64,000 bases of DNA from Schizochytrium sp. TIO01 (Eukaryota; Protista; Bigyra: Labyrinthulomycetes), in contig SMSO01000035.1 in assembly GCA_004764695.1 (NCBI GenBank), positions 2,480,001-2,544,000 of the forward strand, written 5' to 3'. Of this stretch, positions 36,088-49,276 are shown piece after piece. Made by a program: the position numbers and the translations under genes. Each line of letters opens with the position of its first letter. Within the stretch, counting starts at the first letter, position 1. The notes beneath the pieces are model-generated. The model had not been told where the DNA came from. It searched no databases and saw only the letters and a list, made by a program, of their open reading frames with translations.

Positions 36088-38064
36088 ATGTCATTTTCGA
36101 ATAGAGACATGAACGGGGAATTGACTTCTTAGGAACTATCACGACTATACAAGCTTGGTTCTTCCTTTCCAATGCAATACTTACTTTCTTATCTTATCTC
36201 ATGGCGATACCGCTTAGGCTTACCTATGGTGGCTTTTTCGTCATCGGCTCTATACAACACTTGGCTTTTATGGCTCATTTGTTTAGTAGCACCATCACCA
36301 CCATCATGTCTACAACCCCTCACGTTACATATAATGCTTGCAAATGAATTTGCAATGCACGCGCCAGCTCTTGAGGCTTCATCTCTTCTTTTGAAAAAAG
36401 AAAAAACGAAAAATAGAGAGAGCACAAGACAAATAAACAAACAATAAATCAATAAATGAATTAATCCGAGGCCTGAACACCGATTATCTATCGCTTCACT
36501 TTGGTTGGCTCTATATCATCAGCCCTTTGTCCGCTAGGCGAAACGTTCTAAGAATGCAGCAACTATCAACTATGTGGAAGAAAGGTCTTCTCACAAAGAT
36601 CAAACAAAGTCAGTACACGTAGTACTTGCTTGCAAAAACCTCTGCTGACACTTTGGTCTTCCACATTTGTTTCTCGTCTTGCCCGGTGGAACTACGAGAA
36701 AGAAGCTCTTTAAAAAGAAAAGAAAAAGAATTGAAAGTAAGAAATGGCTGCAACACCATGCGTTTATCTACGCCATGAGCTCATACCTTGTTTTTCTGTG
36801 CAGTCAAATATACTGCGCTATTTGAAGATAGGCGGCCCGGTCCTCAATCTTCCCTAGACCTCGTACATTACTACTGATCATACTGTTCCTTAGCATTGAT
36901 TGATTCCTTCCCTATGCATACTCTAAAATTCTGGGCAGCATTAGTTAGAGGTTTGACAACCTTGTGCCTACACAGAAACAGGCTACGGCCATGCTCAATA
37001 GATTTCCGCAGGCTTAACATGCATGAGGAGATCACATCACAACCAATTAACATGCAGAAAGATATCTACCCCCAAGGGTTGTGTGTTCCGACTCCTGAAG
37101 GAACGACGCAAGTTGCATCAAGCTCGAACTGACAGATGTTCCCTCTTCCTGCTGTAACGTGTAATTCAAGTTGATTGTTTGCATTTGGCAACTGTTTTCC
37201 TTCACAGGGTACACGATCGATCTTGAGTATTGGTAATTATTCCAGCGCTACAAATCGACTGTTACTCTAGGCTGTACAAGTCGAGTGTATTGGCGAGCTC
37301 GCGGATGCCCAGACGCACTCGAGTGCCACCACGAGTATCCCAACTGACGTCTTCAAGTGGGAAGATCATAAACCCTAACGAGGAAGCTCATCTCTGCAAA
37401 AAGCTGCCTTGCAAATGATGGTGATCAGATCGACTCGAGCACCTGAAGTTGCTCATTTCAAGTCTCGTCTCCCCGCGAACCAACGAAGATGTTGCAGAAA
37501 ACGACAGACTTCTGAGAGAGATCTTTTCGTAACCAGCTCCAAGATCACACAGGATGGTCCTCGCGAGCCTGGAGTGAAAATGGGTGGTTCGTTGGCCGCA
37601 TCAGATGGTTTAGCCCCGTTCGCGCTTTTCACCTGCTGGTTCAACTTGCTGCAGGGATGAATGACATTTGGCCCTTGGAAGGTCTATCCGCTGGGCTTAC
37701 ACAGACCTGACCTGCCCGAGCCTGCGTAGGTGCCGCGAGATTCACTCCTCGACTCGTACGAACCAATCATTCGCCACAGATCGAGCGATCGATCTCGAGC
37801 TTGCCAAGGCGTACCTGCTGCCTCGGCAACGTCACGGCTTCGTGTGCAAGCTCTTGCCATTCCTTCTTCTCTGCCATTGCCAACGGCTTGGCCCCGAGAC
37901 CAAGTTTGGCAAAGCCTGCATTGCGAGTTTGCTTGCGTTTGTAAGCCGCAAGAACTACCCGATTCCCCATTTCTTCCAGGGTGGTTGGCGGCACTTTTAA
38001 CCCTCAGGACTCTCAATGCCCAAATGAGAGAGGGAGATCTCACACACATACTCAGAGGCACGTG

Positions 38065-38092
38065 CGTACGTACGTACGTACGTACATACGTA
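38065..38092. repeat. (CGTA)n microsatellite
   Basis: cgtacgtacgtacgtacgtacatacgta. Confidence 0.8.
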
Positions 38093-38620
38093 GTTGAGTC
38101 GCCTAAATCCATCCCTGAAAACCGCGCACATGCACTGCAGCGCACGTTGATGCATACCGCTGACTTGAAAAGGTCGCTCGAGGCAGGTTTTCACGAGCTT
38201 TCCACGAGCGTGCTCCCTTGTATGTTTCGCTCGAGACCCCAGAACGAATGGACTTGCTAGAGCTCGCCGACCTCCATCTGGGTCGGTCAGTCAGTTCGTC
38301 GGTGGGTTCGTAGGTTAGCTGCTTAGTCCCGGTTTGCTTCCGTCGACAAGAGCAGCAGGAGGAGCTGACCTCGACGACGGGTGTCCTCGAATCTGGTGTC
38401 GCTGTGAGGATGGTTTGCGACCCCCTGATTCGGCATCCTGCAGCCACGCGCTTCCCACCGACCAGTTCAACAACGGGATCCTCGCCATTCATGAAGCTTG
38501 CTGGTGCGTGCACGAAGACAACCGCTTGAAGAGCGAGCTGGTGCCGCTGCCCCAAGAGCGGGAAACCAGCAAGCACCCAAACTCAACTTCTTCAATCGAA
38601 GTCAGCTTGAAGTCCAACTT

Positions 38621-38683
38621 GAAGTTCAAGTTCAAGTTCAAGTTCAAGTTCAAGCTCAAGCTCAAGCTCTAGCTCAAGCTCAA
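38621..38683. repeat. (AAGTTC)n grading into (AAGCTC)n hexamer repeat
   Basis: Directly visible tandem hexamers. Confidence 0.8.
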
Positions 38684-39187
38684 CTTCTGTGGTGGAGCTC
38701 GCGCAAACATTTCGCGCGACCTGACGTGGTCGGAAAGCAAGTTGGGCTAATTTATAATACGAAGCTACTTCGTCTGTGATACGCTTACCTGTGAGAGCCC
38801 ATCTCGAGCGGATGCGGCTTCTTGGAATACGGGATCGCAGGCGAGCAAACGCGACCTCGAGGATCTCATTCGCGTGCTTCGCGATTGAAGGTTGATTGGT
38901 CCTGATGACCTCATCACAATATGGAGCCCCGATTTTCAGTTGTGGTGCTCAGTCCTGATTATTATCATCATCGAAAGACCATTTGCACAACAGACGCGCG
39001 GAGCTGCAGATGTGCGAGGACAGGAGGCCTAGATGGAGCTCCCTCTGCCTTGGTTTCTGCCAGAGATGACACGCCGTTGGCCCTGCCTGGCCGATGGCAC
39101 AGGGCAGGAGCAGGAGTCGCTGTTTTCAGATGCTTCACCGAACGAGTCAATTCCTGCAAAGCACTCGATTCCTGCAAAACAAACACT

Positions 39188-39341
39188 CTTTGTTTGTTTG
39201 TTAATTTGTTAGATTGTTTGTTATTTGTTCAAGTTTATTTGCTCAAGTTTATTTGTTTGTTTGTTTGTTTGTTTGTTTGTTTGTTTGTTTGTTTGTTTGT
39301 TTGTTTGTTTGTAATTGTTTGTTTGTTTGTAATTGTTTGTT
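39188..39341. repeat. (TTTG)n microsatellite
   Basis: Long pure run from about 39252 with degenerate flanks. Confidence 0.9.
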
Positions 39342-39747
39342 CACCCGTTCCCCTTCCAAAGACAGCTTGCGGTGCGGTAAGTAACAACGAATTGCACATC
39401 CCGTTTCCAGGGCCCATCACAACCAAGTTCACAAACACCGCTCCCCCAAATTACATCCTGAAAGCAGAGGCAAAGAAGTGGTCTTCCAGCAGATTTGATG
39501 CACTTACCAAGAGAGCTAGGTACAGTACCTCCTCCTCCAGAGCTCAACGAGAAACCAATGAAACTAGAAAACCAACCGATCAAGGCCAGCTGCGAGAAGC
39601 TACTCATTGTTGAGCCAAGCTTCGAACAAAGGCTGGAGTCGCACAGAGCTCCAACAGATTAACTTGAGCCTCCAAACTCAGAAACCAAACTCAAAAACGC
39701 GCTGAGGTGAGTTTGCTTTTGTTTACTTCCGGGTGAGAACCCATAAT

Positions 39748-39778
39748 AACAAACAAACAAACAAACAAACAAACAAAC
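39748..39778. repeat. (AAAC)n microsatellite
   Basis: Directly visible. Confidence 0.85.
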
Positions 39779-40990
39779 CAAGACGGACAGCTCCAGACTT
39801 GAAGGGAGGAAGAGCTGAGTAGCGAGCCCACACCAATTCAAGGAGATCCAGGCGCCACCACGGCAATCGAGTGGGCGGCCAGTACTCACTCGCACTCAAG
39901 CTGTTTGTCTGCGTCGCAGCTTGAAGGCTCAGAGCTTGTGATTGGTTATCAAAGGAACTCGGAAGAAGAAGAAGAAACAAAAAGAGAGAGAAATTCGCTG
40001 GTTCTGGTCGCTTTTGACGTACTTCCGCGCACACTCTATAACCCACTTGCACATCTCTATAGCCCATTTGCAGCCCCATTTACTCTACTTGTAATCGCCC
40101 AGATAGCGCTTTATAAGAGCTCTTTAAAAGCAGTGCACAAGCAGTGTGCGCTTCCCAGGCCTCGCAAGTGGGTTATAGAGAAGGGCATTGTGAAGTATAC
40201 GACACCAACAAGTGCACTATAGACTTATTGTTCACTTGCGACACATACGCACAGATCGTTCCTATTGGTTCTTTGGTCAGGAAAGCAGAGGGCCTTCCGA
40301 CGCGTGCCAAGGCCCACAAGAGCGAGGTCACAGCGCTTGGCAAAGTTCACTTGCCGCGCGAAGGCCGGAGGGGCTTGCCAAGAGGGAGCTTGGAAGCCTA
40401 CCAAAGAAGCAACCCCGATCAAAGACCGCCTAAAGTTGCTAGTGAAAAGCGTCGGCAATCTGGGGCCGACTGCTACACCCGGCTTTGTCCACCGCACTGA
40501 GCGAAAACATTCACATGCGGAAGAAGTAAAGAAATCAGCCCTGTCAAAAGAAAAAAATAATTTGTACAACAACAATAAAATAACACAGCAAACAACAAAC
40601 AACAAACCAAAATTGATCATACGTACGACTTAATTGCTTGGCGGGCTGGCTGCCAAGTGACACCTGATCGCTTGCACGGGCAGCGATTGGGGCCCATTGC
40701 TTGGCGAGGTGTGCCCTGGGCATTGCAGCGACGGCGAGGTCCTAGACGTAGAAAGGGACACGGTCTGTGGTCGCACTAGTACGTGCGACGTGTACCAGCG
40801 ACCTTGCTGGTCACGAGTAGCATATAAGCTTTAGGCTATTACGGCCTGAGAAACTGCTGCTGCAAGGTCCTGAGGCTTGAGAAATCTTGAAGATCTTGAT
40901 AAGATCTCTGGGATTAAAATTGTTACTTTCAGCTTGATTCGGAGAGTGGCGCATAAATCATCAAGGCTTGCTTATCAGCTTACATTTAGA

Positions 40991-41298
40991 ATGGCTCAGG
41001 CGTATGGCCCAGACAGTGCTCCAGGGATTATGGAACAATCACAACATCAGCAACATCATAGTCACACCTTGATGCAACCAAGGGCATACACTGAGCAGGA
41101 GGCTTTCCAAATTAATGCTATGCGCCAGCAGCAGCATCAGCAGCAGCAAGATGTGCAAATGCAGGAGTTTTCAACGAGCCAGTATCAACAAAATGCCCGA
41201 TTCCAAATTGACCAAGAACAGCAGCAGCAAAAACAGCAGCAGCAGCAGCAGCAGCAACTGCAGCAACAACAGCAACAACAGCAGCAACTACAACAGCT

Positions 41299-41343
<45 letters not shown>

Positions 41344-44311
41344 GCAACAACAACAGCTACAACAACAACAACAACTACAGATACAACAACACTCTAAGGG
41401 TATGCAATCTGCGCATTTACAACACCCGCAACAACTACCAACTCCGCATTTTCCTTCATTAGAGCACAACCAAATATTGCACAGACAACTCCAGTCTCAA
41501 CATCTACCTAACACTAACAGTGGACAAATTCAAGTGACTATTCAACAGCCAGAAATATCTCAACAGACGCAACCCCAGGTATCGCAACACTTGTCTGTTG
41601 AGCACAGTAATAGAAACCTACCTCTGCAACCATCACCATCGCCACCACTACCACAACAACAGCCTGATATTCCATCACAACTAAATAATATCTCCCACAC
41701 GCTGCAAACGCACTTAGAAACAGTGTCCAATCACTCGCAGCAGGACAATGGTGTGGAGGTTCACCCTAATGAGCATGGGAGTTCGCAACCTCACCGGCGC
41801 GCAGAAATGGCTTCGAATCTAATTCATATACAAGAGCAGTCTTCTACACTCCCTCTTCAAGGCACAGTGTCAAGCAGAGAGGAAAACAATGCAAGTATAG
41901 TCGCAGATGCTCTTGCTGGTCTAGGCCGCTCAAATCGAGCTGGACGTCTTGCCAAGGCCCCAAGTGCATCATATATTTCTAATATGGATATTGCTGATAT
42001 TGCAATGACTGATTCGGATGGAGAGCCTGCGGCCAAGCGACAGGCGATTCAAGGCAGCTCTGGGAAATTGCTAAAGAAGCGAGTACGGTCTGCACCAATG
42101 AATACATGTACACTTGAAAACCAAAAACCCCCTACAGCAGCCGCTACAGCTGCTGCAATTTCTGAAATATCTACCCAAAGGAACTCAACAAGCTTTGGAG
42201 GGGGCAGCATTACCAATGAAGAGAACTCCGCACTGCTTTCAAGAAATGGTCGGAACTCAACATTGGCATCATACCCATCTTCTTCATCGATTGATGCCCC
42301 TTCTTTACCAGCAATGCTAGCAGTAACTACGGCGCAGTCAGAATCAGGGGTTGCTCAGAAACATCCGACATGGGACTCCCCTCCGTCTCAGCAATCTTTG
42401 AACATAAGATTGCACAAATATCCACCACAGGTTCAACTTGCTGTAACGCAAACACTAAACGAGTTTGGAGGTAGCCGAGCAAGTACTGAGGTTATTAATG
42501 CAATTATTTCATCAGCTGACAACGTCTTCAAGGCGTGCTCTACCTTGTCTAAGGAACAAATGACGATTTCCCAAGCCATAGTCGCTCAAGAGCACCAGCG
42601 GAATTTAACGATAGCCCGTGAAGGCACTGCTTCTTCGCGTGCTGACTTCAGTATGCTGCAGAGGTCTGCATCAGCTTCACTTGCAACATCTCGGGATGCA
42701 AGTGGCTTACACGACAATTTGTCCCCGCTTCAAACTCAGCAGCAGCAGCAGGAACAACAGCAGCAGCAGCAGCATCAACAACAGCAGCATCAACAACAAC
42801 AACAATCAAATCAGCAGCAAGATTCGCAAGGACCTGTTACTAATAGTTTCCTCGCTACGTTTTTGGCATCACCAAAGATTGGACCAATTTCTAGCACTGA
42901 TACCAAAACAATAAGTCCAGCTGCACTCGGTGTATCTGCATCACAAATGCCGAATGGTTTGTATCTTGGTTCTCCAAAGAACAATATCGGCGGTGATTTC
43001 AATTTGATCAGCCCTGCTAGCATTAACAGAAGCACAAGTCAACACAACATTGATCAAACAACTAAAGACGGTACTTCAGAAATTCAATCAAGCATACTGC
43101 CAGCTAGCAACACATCACGACAACTTGGACCTACTATTGCACGGCCACCCACCACACTGCAAACATATAGGTCTGCTACAAGCTTACCGGTACAAGGTCC
43201 TGCTCGCGCTACTTTTCAAGGAAGCCGTGCAGAGAGCGATTCTCAAGTTGGGCGCCACGAGTCTCGATCTATGGCACGCTTGCAGAGTGCTTGGTCGGCA
43301 CCTGGTCCCTCAAATACAGCTAAAATGCAAACAATCATAAGGGAAGCCTCCAACAACCTCAGGCTTGGCCGAGCCAGTAGTGTTGGTGCCAACAGTATGC
43401 CTTCACCAGCTAGCAAGATCTTTAACCTGCAGCCAAGTGCGTTGATACAACACCGATCTTCATCGGTTGCATCCTTTCAAAGTGCTTCATCATCTGCTAG
43501 CCTAAACCCCCCTTCCTCTGAGCCCTTTTCTCCCATGGCAGACAGCCTAAGCACTGGTGGCGGCGGAACCCGCATCCAACCCCAGATTGTGGATGAGGCG
43601 AACCGCATTAAGGCAAGTACAAAACCACGCACTGGAGCTAAGAAGTGGACTCCTGAACAAGACGACGCCCTACGCCAAGCTGTTAAAAAACACAATGCTA
43701 CTAACTGGAAGGCAATCGCTGAAGATGTTCCCGGTAGAGATCACGTTCAATGTTTACAGCGATGGAAAAAGGTACTTCGTCCAGGTCTTATCAAAGGACC
43801 ATGGACAAAAGAGGAAGACGAGCTATTGAACAAGCTGATTGATAACGACCCATCGAAGCATTGGGGCAACATTGCTAGCAAGGTTCCAGGTCGCACTCCA
43901 AAACAGTGCCGCGAACGCTGGAGCCTAAATTTAGACCCCGCCATTAATCACTCCAAGTTTTCGCCCGAAGAAGACGACCTTCTTTTACGCTTGCACGAAC
44001 AAATGGGCAGTCGCTGGGCAGAAATTAAGTGTCAATTTGAAAGGCGCACCGAAAATGCTGTCAAAACTCGTTTCAAGTCTTTGTCGCGTGCGAAGGCCCG
44101 ACAATGGAGCCCTGATCAAGACTTCAAGCTTCGTGAGATGGCCAAGCTATACAATCATAACTGGGATGCAATTGGTAAAGCTCTCCATCGCTCAGTCAGT
44201 ATTGTCCGTAGTCGCTTCAAATACCTCGAAAGCTTGCCCCCGACCGTTGCCCCAGCTATTGTTACCCCTCCGCTGAGTGCCAAGAAGAGGGCAACATCTG
44301 CTCCTTCATAA
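40991..44311 (+). CDS. MYB transcription factor: polyQ/low-complexity N-terminus, C-terminal R1R2R3 plus a fourth MYB-like repeat
   Basis: KWTPEQD..NWKAIA..QCLQRWKKVLRPGLIKGPWTKEED..QCRERW..LDP..FSPEED..RWAEI..RTENAVKTRF, then QWSPDQD..NWDAIGKALHRS..RSRF. First ATG at 40991. Confidence 0.92.
41215..41390 (+). repeat. CAG/CAA polyglutamine tract in the MYB gene
   Basis: About 55 codons, mostly Gln. Confidence 0.9.
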
Positions 44312-44901
44312 GCAGTGAGTGTATCCTAAAAAGGTTCATCTGTGTACGGATGCCTACTTATGTTTGTTTATTTTTTACTTCTCCGACCAGTCCAGGTTAG
44401 TGCTACATTGTCTCCACTCTCACAGCAATACGCTAGCTCTGCTGTATTCTGTCAGGCTATGTTTCAGATGTAAGCAATGCTTAGTGTTTTCATTTTTTTG
44501 ATTCTGCCGAATCATTACTCAGAGAGGGTGAAATTACTGAGCTGTCTTGTATATTGGACTTCTGATCAAGGCAACAACTTGCCAAAATTTTCTTCTCTTT
44601 ATTCAATACCTCCGCAAATTTACTATGCCGTTCACTTCGTAACCACCTACTACGCCTAATATTTTAGTATTTTGATATTTTTAAATGGCTTGGACAATCT
44701 TAATAAAATTATTTGTTTCACAAATGCTATTTTCACTTTGAAATCGTAGATGACTAACTTCAATTCATAAAAAGCAACGACATGACAAGTTTGGTTCCCA
44801 CAACAAATTCGTAGGGTTGTCGAACCTTAGTAATAAACATATGGTCTAACAAACTTTTCTTATTCCTCTAAAACTAGTAACAATTGGAGCGTGGTGTCTT
44901 T

Positions 44902-46518
44902 CTAATGTTGGTTAATCTTTTGGAGTTGGTGTGCATCAGTAAAGCCAAGGACCTCTTCAAAGTCATCAGTGATTGCGTCACGACGCTCGATAGGGACATC
45001 TGCAGGAAGTGCTTCGACGAAGGCCTCGCGAATTTCTGCAATAAAATAATCCTTTTTCTCAGCATCTGACTCGCAGGAAGCCTGCAAAAACATTGCCAAG
45101 GCTTCCACAACAGGTTTAATTGATTTTCCTTGGAGCTCGTCGTTGACCATGGCTTCACCGATGACACTGAAGCAAACTTCGCGTAAAGCTGCGGAAGGGT
45201 AAATAAAAGTTAGATCAAGCCACTCCCAAACATTGCTACGATCAATCAGGTGGCGAGCCACCAGCATATGCGCAGCCCAATCACTAAGCCCAGGTAGTAA
45301 GTAGGCATTGCCTATATCTAATACTCCAATTAGATCATTGCGTTCTTTGTTGATGTCTTGGCCATTCTGCGAGCCAAACAACACTTCACTACAACCTTTT
45401 CCACCTGTGTACAAAAACATAAGAGCGCAGTGTAAGATATTCGGAGGATAAGCCTTAGTGACGCTAGTATCACTAAATGCATTCCTGGTATCTTCCTTTA
45501 ACAAGTTTGCCAAATATGAACACCTCGTGAATACGACACATTCATGTACACGAAAGGTTTCATCGGCGCATTGCAACGTGTGTTCTGCTAAATGAGTCTG
45601 GACGATGAAACCCCGGCCAAGGTTTTTGGCAAGGGTCATCCCAACCGGGTATAATTTCTGCACAATTTTATCTTCGGGTCTCTTCTCACGCCTTCGACTA
45701 TTATCATCAGCAGGGGGTAGCGTCGGCACTTTTCTTAATAGAAAGCTCTCCAATTTTGCTTGGCGAGAAAGTTTGCTAAGACCTACTTTGTCACACAGAT
45801 CGATCAACGCATCTACGTGTAACGCAGCACACTCTAGCACATCTGTGTACACAAACCGCAACAAAGCTGAAAAAGCAGGAGCACTATCTGATTCTGCAAG
45901 TTGCACTCTTTCTTTAGCGTACCAAGGCCCCCAGTGGCATAAGTGCCTAGCAAATAATGGTACTCGCGAGGCTAGAATAAACCGGTGACACAAAAACTCC
46001 TCTTCGCCAACGACTACCTTGATGTCAACATACTTCTTATCTGTCTGAAGTTTGGCAATGTCTTCTCCTAATGGTGTGAGCACAAGGGTCTTTCGTTGTG
46101 AGTATTCGCGGAGCAAGGCTCGAATTTTGTCATTCAGAGCTCCGTATAGACAGCGATCACCATCAAAGGTATCCTCTGCACACGATGCTCCCTGCTGCAA
46201 AAGGTACTGGCAAACTTCAAAATGTCCTGCCATGCAGGCATAGTACAGTGGAGTGGCATCGAAATACCTGTGGTTTACCGACGTCGGGTCCTTGGCTACC
46301 AAGGTTTTAACGCGTTCTAGTAATCCAGCTTTCGATGCGACAAAGATGTCATCAGTTGATTTCATCCACGCTGATTCCCGTTCCCACTCTGCACGGTACC
46401 GTCTGGTCTCCTCAGTTTCTATGCGTTCATTCCATGCGAAGTTATCCTCAACCTCTTGGTCCTCAACTTCTTCTGCGCCAACTTGCGGTGGCACTGCCTC
46501 GGCATCATCATCAACCAT
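44902..46518 (-). CDS. Ankyrin-repeat and BTB/POZ domain protein (ABTB1-like)
   Basis: DATPLYYACMAGHFEVCQYLL..DTFDGDRCLYGALND, followed by two BTB domains (CHRFILASRVPLF; VHECVVFTRCSYL). First ATG at 46518. Confidence 0.9.
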   Translation of the reverse strand: MVDDDAEAVPPQVGAEEVEDQEVEDNFAWNERIETEETRRYRAEWERESAWMKSTDDIFVASKAGLLERVKTLVAKDPTSVNHRYFDATPLYYACMAGHFEVCQYLLQQGASCAEDTFDGDRCLYGALNDKIRALLREYSQRKTLVLTPLGEDIAKLQTDKKYVDIKVVVGEEEFLCHRFILASRVPLFARHLCHWGPWYAKERVQLAESDSAPAFSALLRFVYTDVLECAALHVDALIDLCDKVGLSKLSRQAKLESFLLRKVPTLPPADDNSRRREKRPEDKIVQKLYPVGMTLAKNLGRGFIVQTHLAEHTLQCADETFRVHECVVFTRCSYLANLLKEDTRNAFSDTSVTKAYPPNILHCALMFLYTGGKGCSEVLFGSQNGQDINKERNDLIGVLDIGNAYLLPGLSDWAAHMLVARHLIDRSNVWEWLDLTFIYPSAALREVCFSVIGEAMVNDELQGKSIKPVVEALAMFLQASCESDAEKKDYFIAEIREAFVEALPADVPIERRDAITDDFEEVLGFTDAHQLQKINQH

Positions 46519-46799
46519 GACGGCAAACTCTAACAAGAAATGTGACAAACCCAGACAACAGCACGTTTCAGAGGTCCCAGCGCTAGATGCAAACTTGAGT
46601 CCACCCCCAAGGAGACCAGTGGTTGACTATAGCACCCAGAAAGACCTCCAAGCGCCAAGAGATTATTATCTCTCTGATGATATTGAGTCTCTTCATTCAT
46701 TTACCATCGATCCCATAGATTCATTCGTTGAATAAATTGCAATTGATTTGACAACGAGCAATCCAATCATTCGTGCGGTTTTCAGTTCTTCCACATGCT

Positions 46800-47930
46800 T
46801 GTGCTGCAATCAAACGTCCATCTGCAAAGACTCGGTAGAATGTATGGCAGGCTTGAAGCGAGAAGAGGACGCCAAGAAATATAATGCGGTTGAGCAAACC
46901 TATGATTTCGCAAGGTAGGTTTTAAGTACCTAGCCTGAGGAGGGAGATAATATAGATGATTTATAGGCGAGTGGAATGCACAATTAAGCGATATTAGAAC
47001 TTGAAGGACAAAGTTTGAGAAGTACAGGATCATATGGTGGGCAGCAGTGACCAGCTTAAAGGAGCCCATGTCTGCTTGCGCAAAGTGAAAAGGATACTTG
47101 CAATTGCTATTCCATTCGTTCCTATTCTGCCATGTGGTGCCTTGATATCAGAGAGACACCGGCAGTCGCACCAGGTCAAGACAATCTGTGAGGAAAAGTA
47201 TCTAGGTTTCGTTTGAGTACGTAGATACTTTGAGCGTGGTTTTCTAGTGTCCTAACAGTGTTTGAGGCTGATCTTTACGATTTTACATGCAATAAGCTCA
47301 TTGCTTGGCTTGCCCGAACAGCAGCAGAGTCGGCCATCAAGCGTATAGAAAGGATAGGAATGTCTACAAAGTTTAGACTTGGCGAAACATCTTCCGCGAG
47401 AAGAGCCTCTCCGGCAAGGCCATCTTTCTCAGCCTGAGGAACATACAGTTTTTTGAGCGAGGGAGCTTAAGACGCTAGCTATCTCTGAGAGTATGGACCA
47501 ATATTCGGAGCCGCCTTCTGAAAACAGTCCGTCAGGCGATGCCCAGACGACCCGCGCCCTTTCGAAGAGCCATCTTCGAAGAGGTCACGATCCTTATCTG
47601 TCATGACGAGTTCATTTTCTTTGCTATGCGCTCAGTTCAATCTTAATGGCAAGGTCTCCGGCAGTTTATTACCTTCTGGCCACGACATAGAGTACAATTA
47701 GTCTCGGTCCGCTCCGCCACAAACGATCCAATAAACTTGCATCAGCCAAGAGTTCCAGGCCCCACACAGGATCGCGAACCAGCCCACCGAGAACTCCTCC
47801 TGCAGCTTAGGTGTTCAAGCAAGCTGAGATCGGGATGGAGCTGTATGCAGCGAATTCAAGCTTCCCAGCCTTGGTTAAGTAAGCACTGCCCAAATACTCC
47901 AAAGGGCTTTCATTAACAAACAAGAACGAT
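46800..47930 (-). pseudogene. Unidentified decayed coding region
   Basis: Protein-like segments (YLGSAYLTKAGKLEF.., GGLVRDPVWGLELLADASLLDRLW, VWASPDGLFSEGG.., DGLAGEALLAEDVSP..) broken by stops and frameshifts. Confidence 0.3.
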
Positions 47931-48850
47931 TATGTGCCTTTGAGTCAGTGGTTTTGGCTCGGAGATCTTTTTAAGTCTGCGAGTTTACCATGGATATGAC
48001 ACACGAGTACTCCATATAGTCGACGAAAATTAGGCAAAGGCTTCAAACTTGAAGAGGAACCGATTCTGTATCGTTTTAGATAACTAAAAAAAAGGAAGCA
48101 ATTCTATCAAGTTGCGTTTTTTCAGGTTTTTCTTTGAAGGAGCGCACAATAAGTTGGAATCTCTCGCACCCATGAAGATCATGTTTGCGACTGCAGAAAA
48201 AAGAAAAAAGAAAAAAACTCCTGCTTCACTGCAGATTTCCATCTAGCAACCTTGGTGTAGCCATGCGAAGCTTTGATCCTTGCTCAGAATAAGTGTATGA
48301 CCTCGTGAAAACGGAGTTATCACTTTGGGTCTTTTCCCAAAGTTTGTTCATTCAATAGCAAGTTCAAGTTCTAATCGTTGCAGATAAACAAAGAATAAAA
48401 TTCAATTTCTAATCAATAAAGATAGCGACAGTATCAAGTAAAATATAGGACCTAAAATTTATTAGTTCTGTGGAATTCCTTGTTCATTCTTTTTCATTTA
48501 AAAAATTGGAATTTAAAAACAGTCGAAGGATTGATAGGAGTACGAGAGATTCCTAGAGTTTCTACCAATGAGAGTGCATTGGATTTGCTCATTTTTGTTT
48601 ATTTCGAGATAGTTTTTGTTTGTTTTCCTCTCAGAATGAGGAAGGCGAGAACAGCAATAGTGCGACTTCAATCGAAAGCAAAGCCCTAACATAGAAATCT
48701 GCCAATTCTTCGGTGAAACTGTTTGGAGCGAGCGAAGCGCGGCAAGCACAGTAAGGTCTGGAAGCGCAGACCTGCAATATCTGCAAAGGAAGTAGATTAG
48801 AGCATATTGCGAACAGGTTTGGAGATACTTGGCACGGAGCAAAAAGAGAA

Positions 48851-49276
48851 ATGACGGAGTTCTTGACAAAGCATTGGAGCAAGGTGCTCGTGGCGAATGG
48901 TACTCTGGATGCGCTGTTCCTATTTGTACCTCAGGTCGCTAATAGCCTCCGCGAGGCATACGAGCCTATGCAGCGCGTGCTTGGCACGAATACTGACTCG
49001 ATTGATGAGGCTGTGAGAGCTGGAGGACATCTCATGTTTCTGCACGGTATGGTGCGGATTTGTGCGGGACTTAACTTCAACAACAAGATTGCCCGACGCC
49101 TCGCTGCAATGTCATACTTTCTAGAGATGACATTTGCACTTGGGCCTATTGTAGCTGGCTCCAAGAATCATGCCCACGACAAGTTGTACCCGATTGTTGT
49201 ACTTCCATTCATCGGTCTGGTCTGCACTTTGCTTTGCAAGGATGCTCCTGCTGACGTCCCGGGCAAGTCCCGCTAG
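48851..49276 (+). CDS. Small multi-pass membrane protein, possibly Erg28-like
   Basis: ATG-initiated 141 aa with about four hydrophobic segments. RAGGHLMFLHGMVRICAGLNFNNK loosely resembles the Erg28 central motif, so the family call is weak. Confidence 0.6.
   Translation: MTEFLTKHWSKVLVANGTLDALFLFVPQVANSLREAYEPMQRVLGTNTDSIDEAVRAGGHLMFLHGMVRICAGLNFNNKIARRLAAMSYFLEMTFALGPIVAGSKNHAHDKLYPIVVLPFIGLVCTLLCKDAPADVPGKSR

Noticed and set aside
39188-39778. (TTTG)n and (AAAC)n as inverted repeats of a fold-back element
   Set aside because: Both are common microsatellites in this sequence, with no unique terminal sequence or TSD.
36900-40700. Many 60-230-aa ORFs in the long region upstream of MYB
   Set aside because: Overlapping on both strands, several driven by microsatellites, and none has a recognisable domain.
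41115-41469. Poly-Asn and poly-Cys ORFs
   Set aside because: Alternative frames of the polyQ tract.
47525-47550. ASPDG motif suggesting a second YqaJ nuclease
   Set aside because: No following E.K motif and no other YqaJ motifs.
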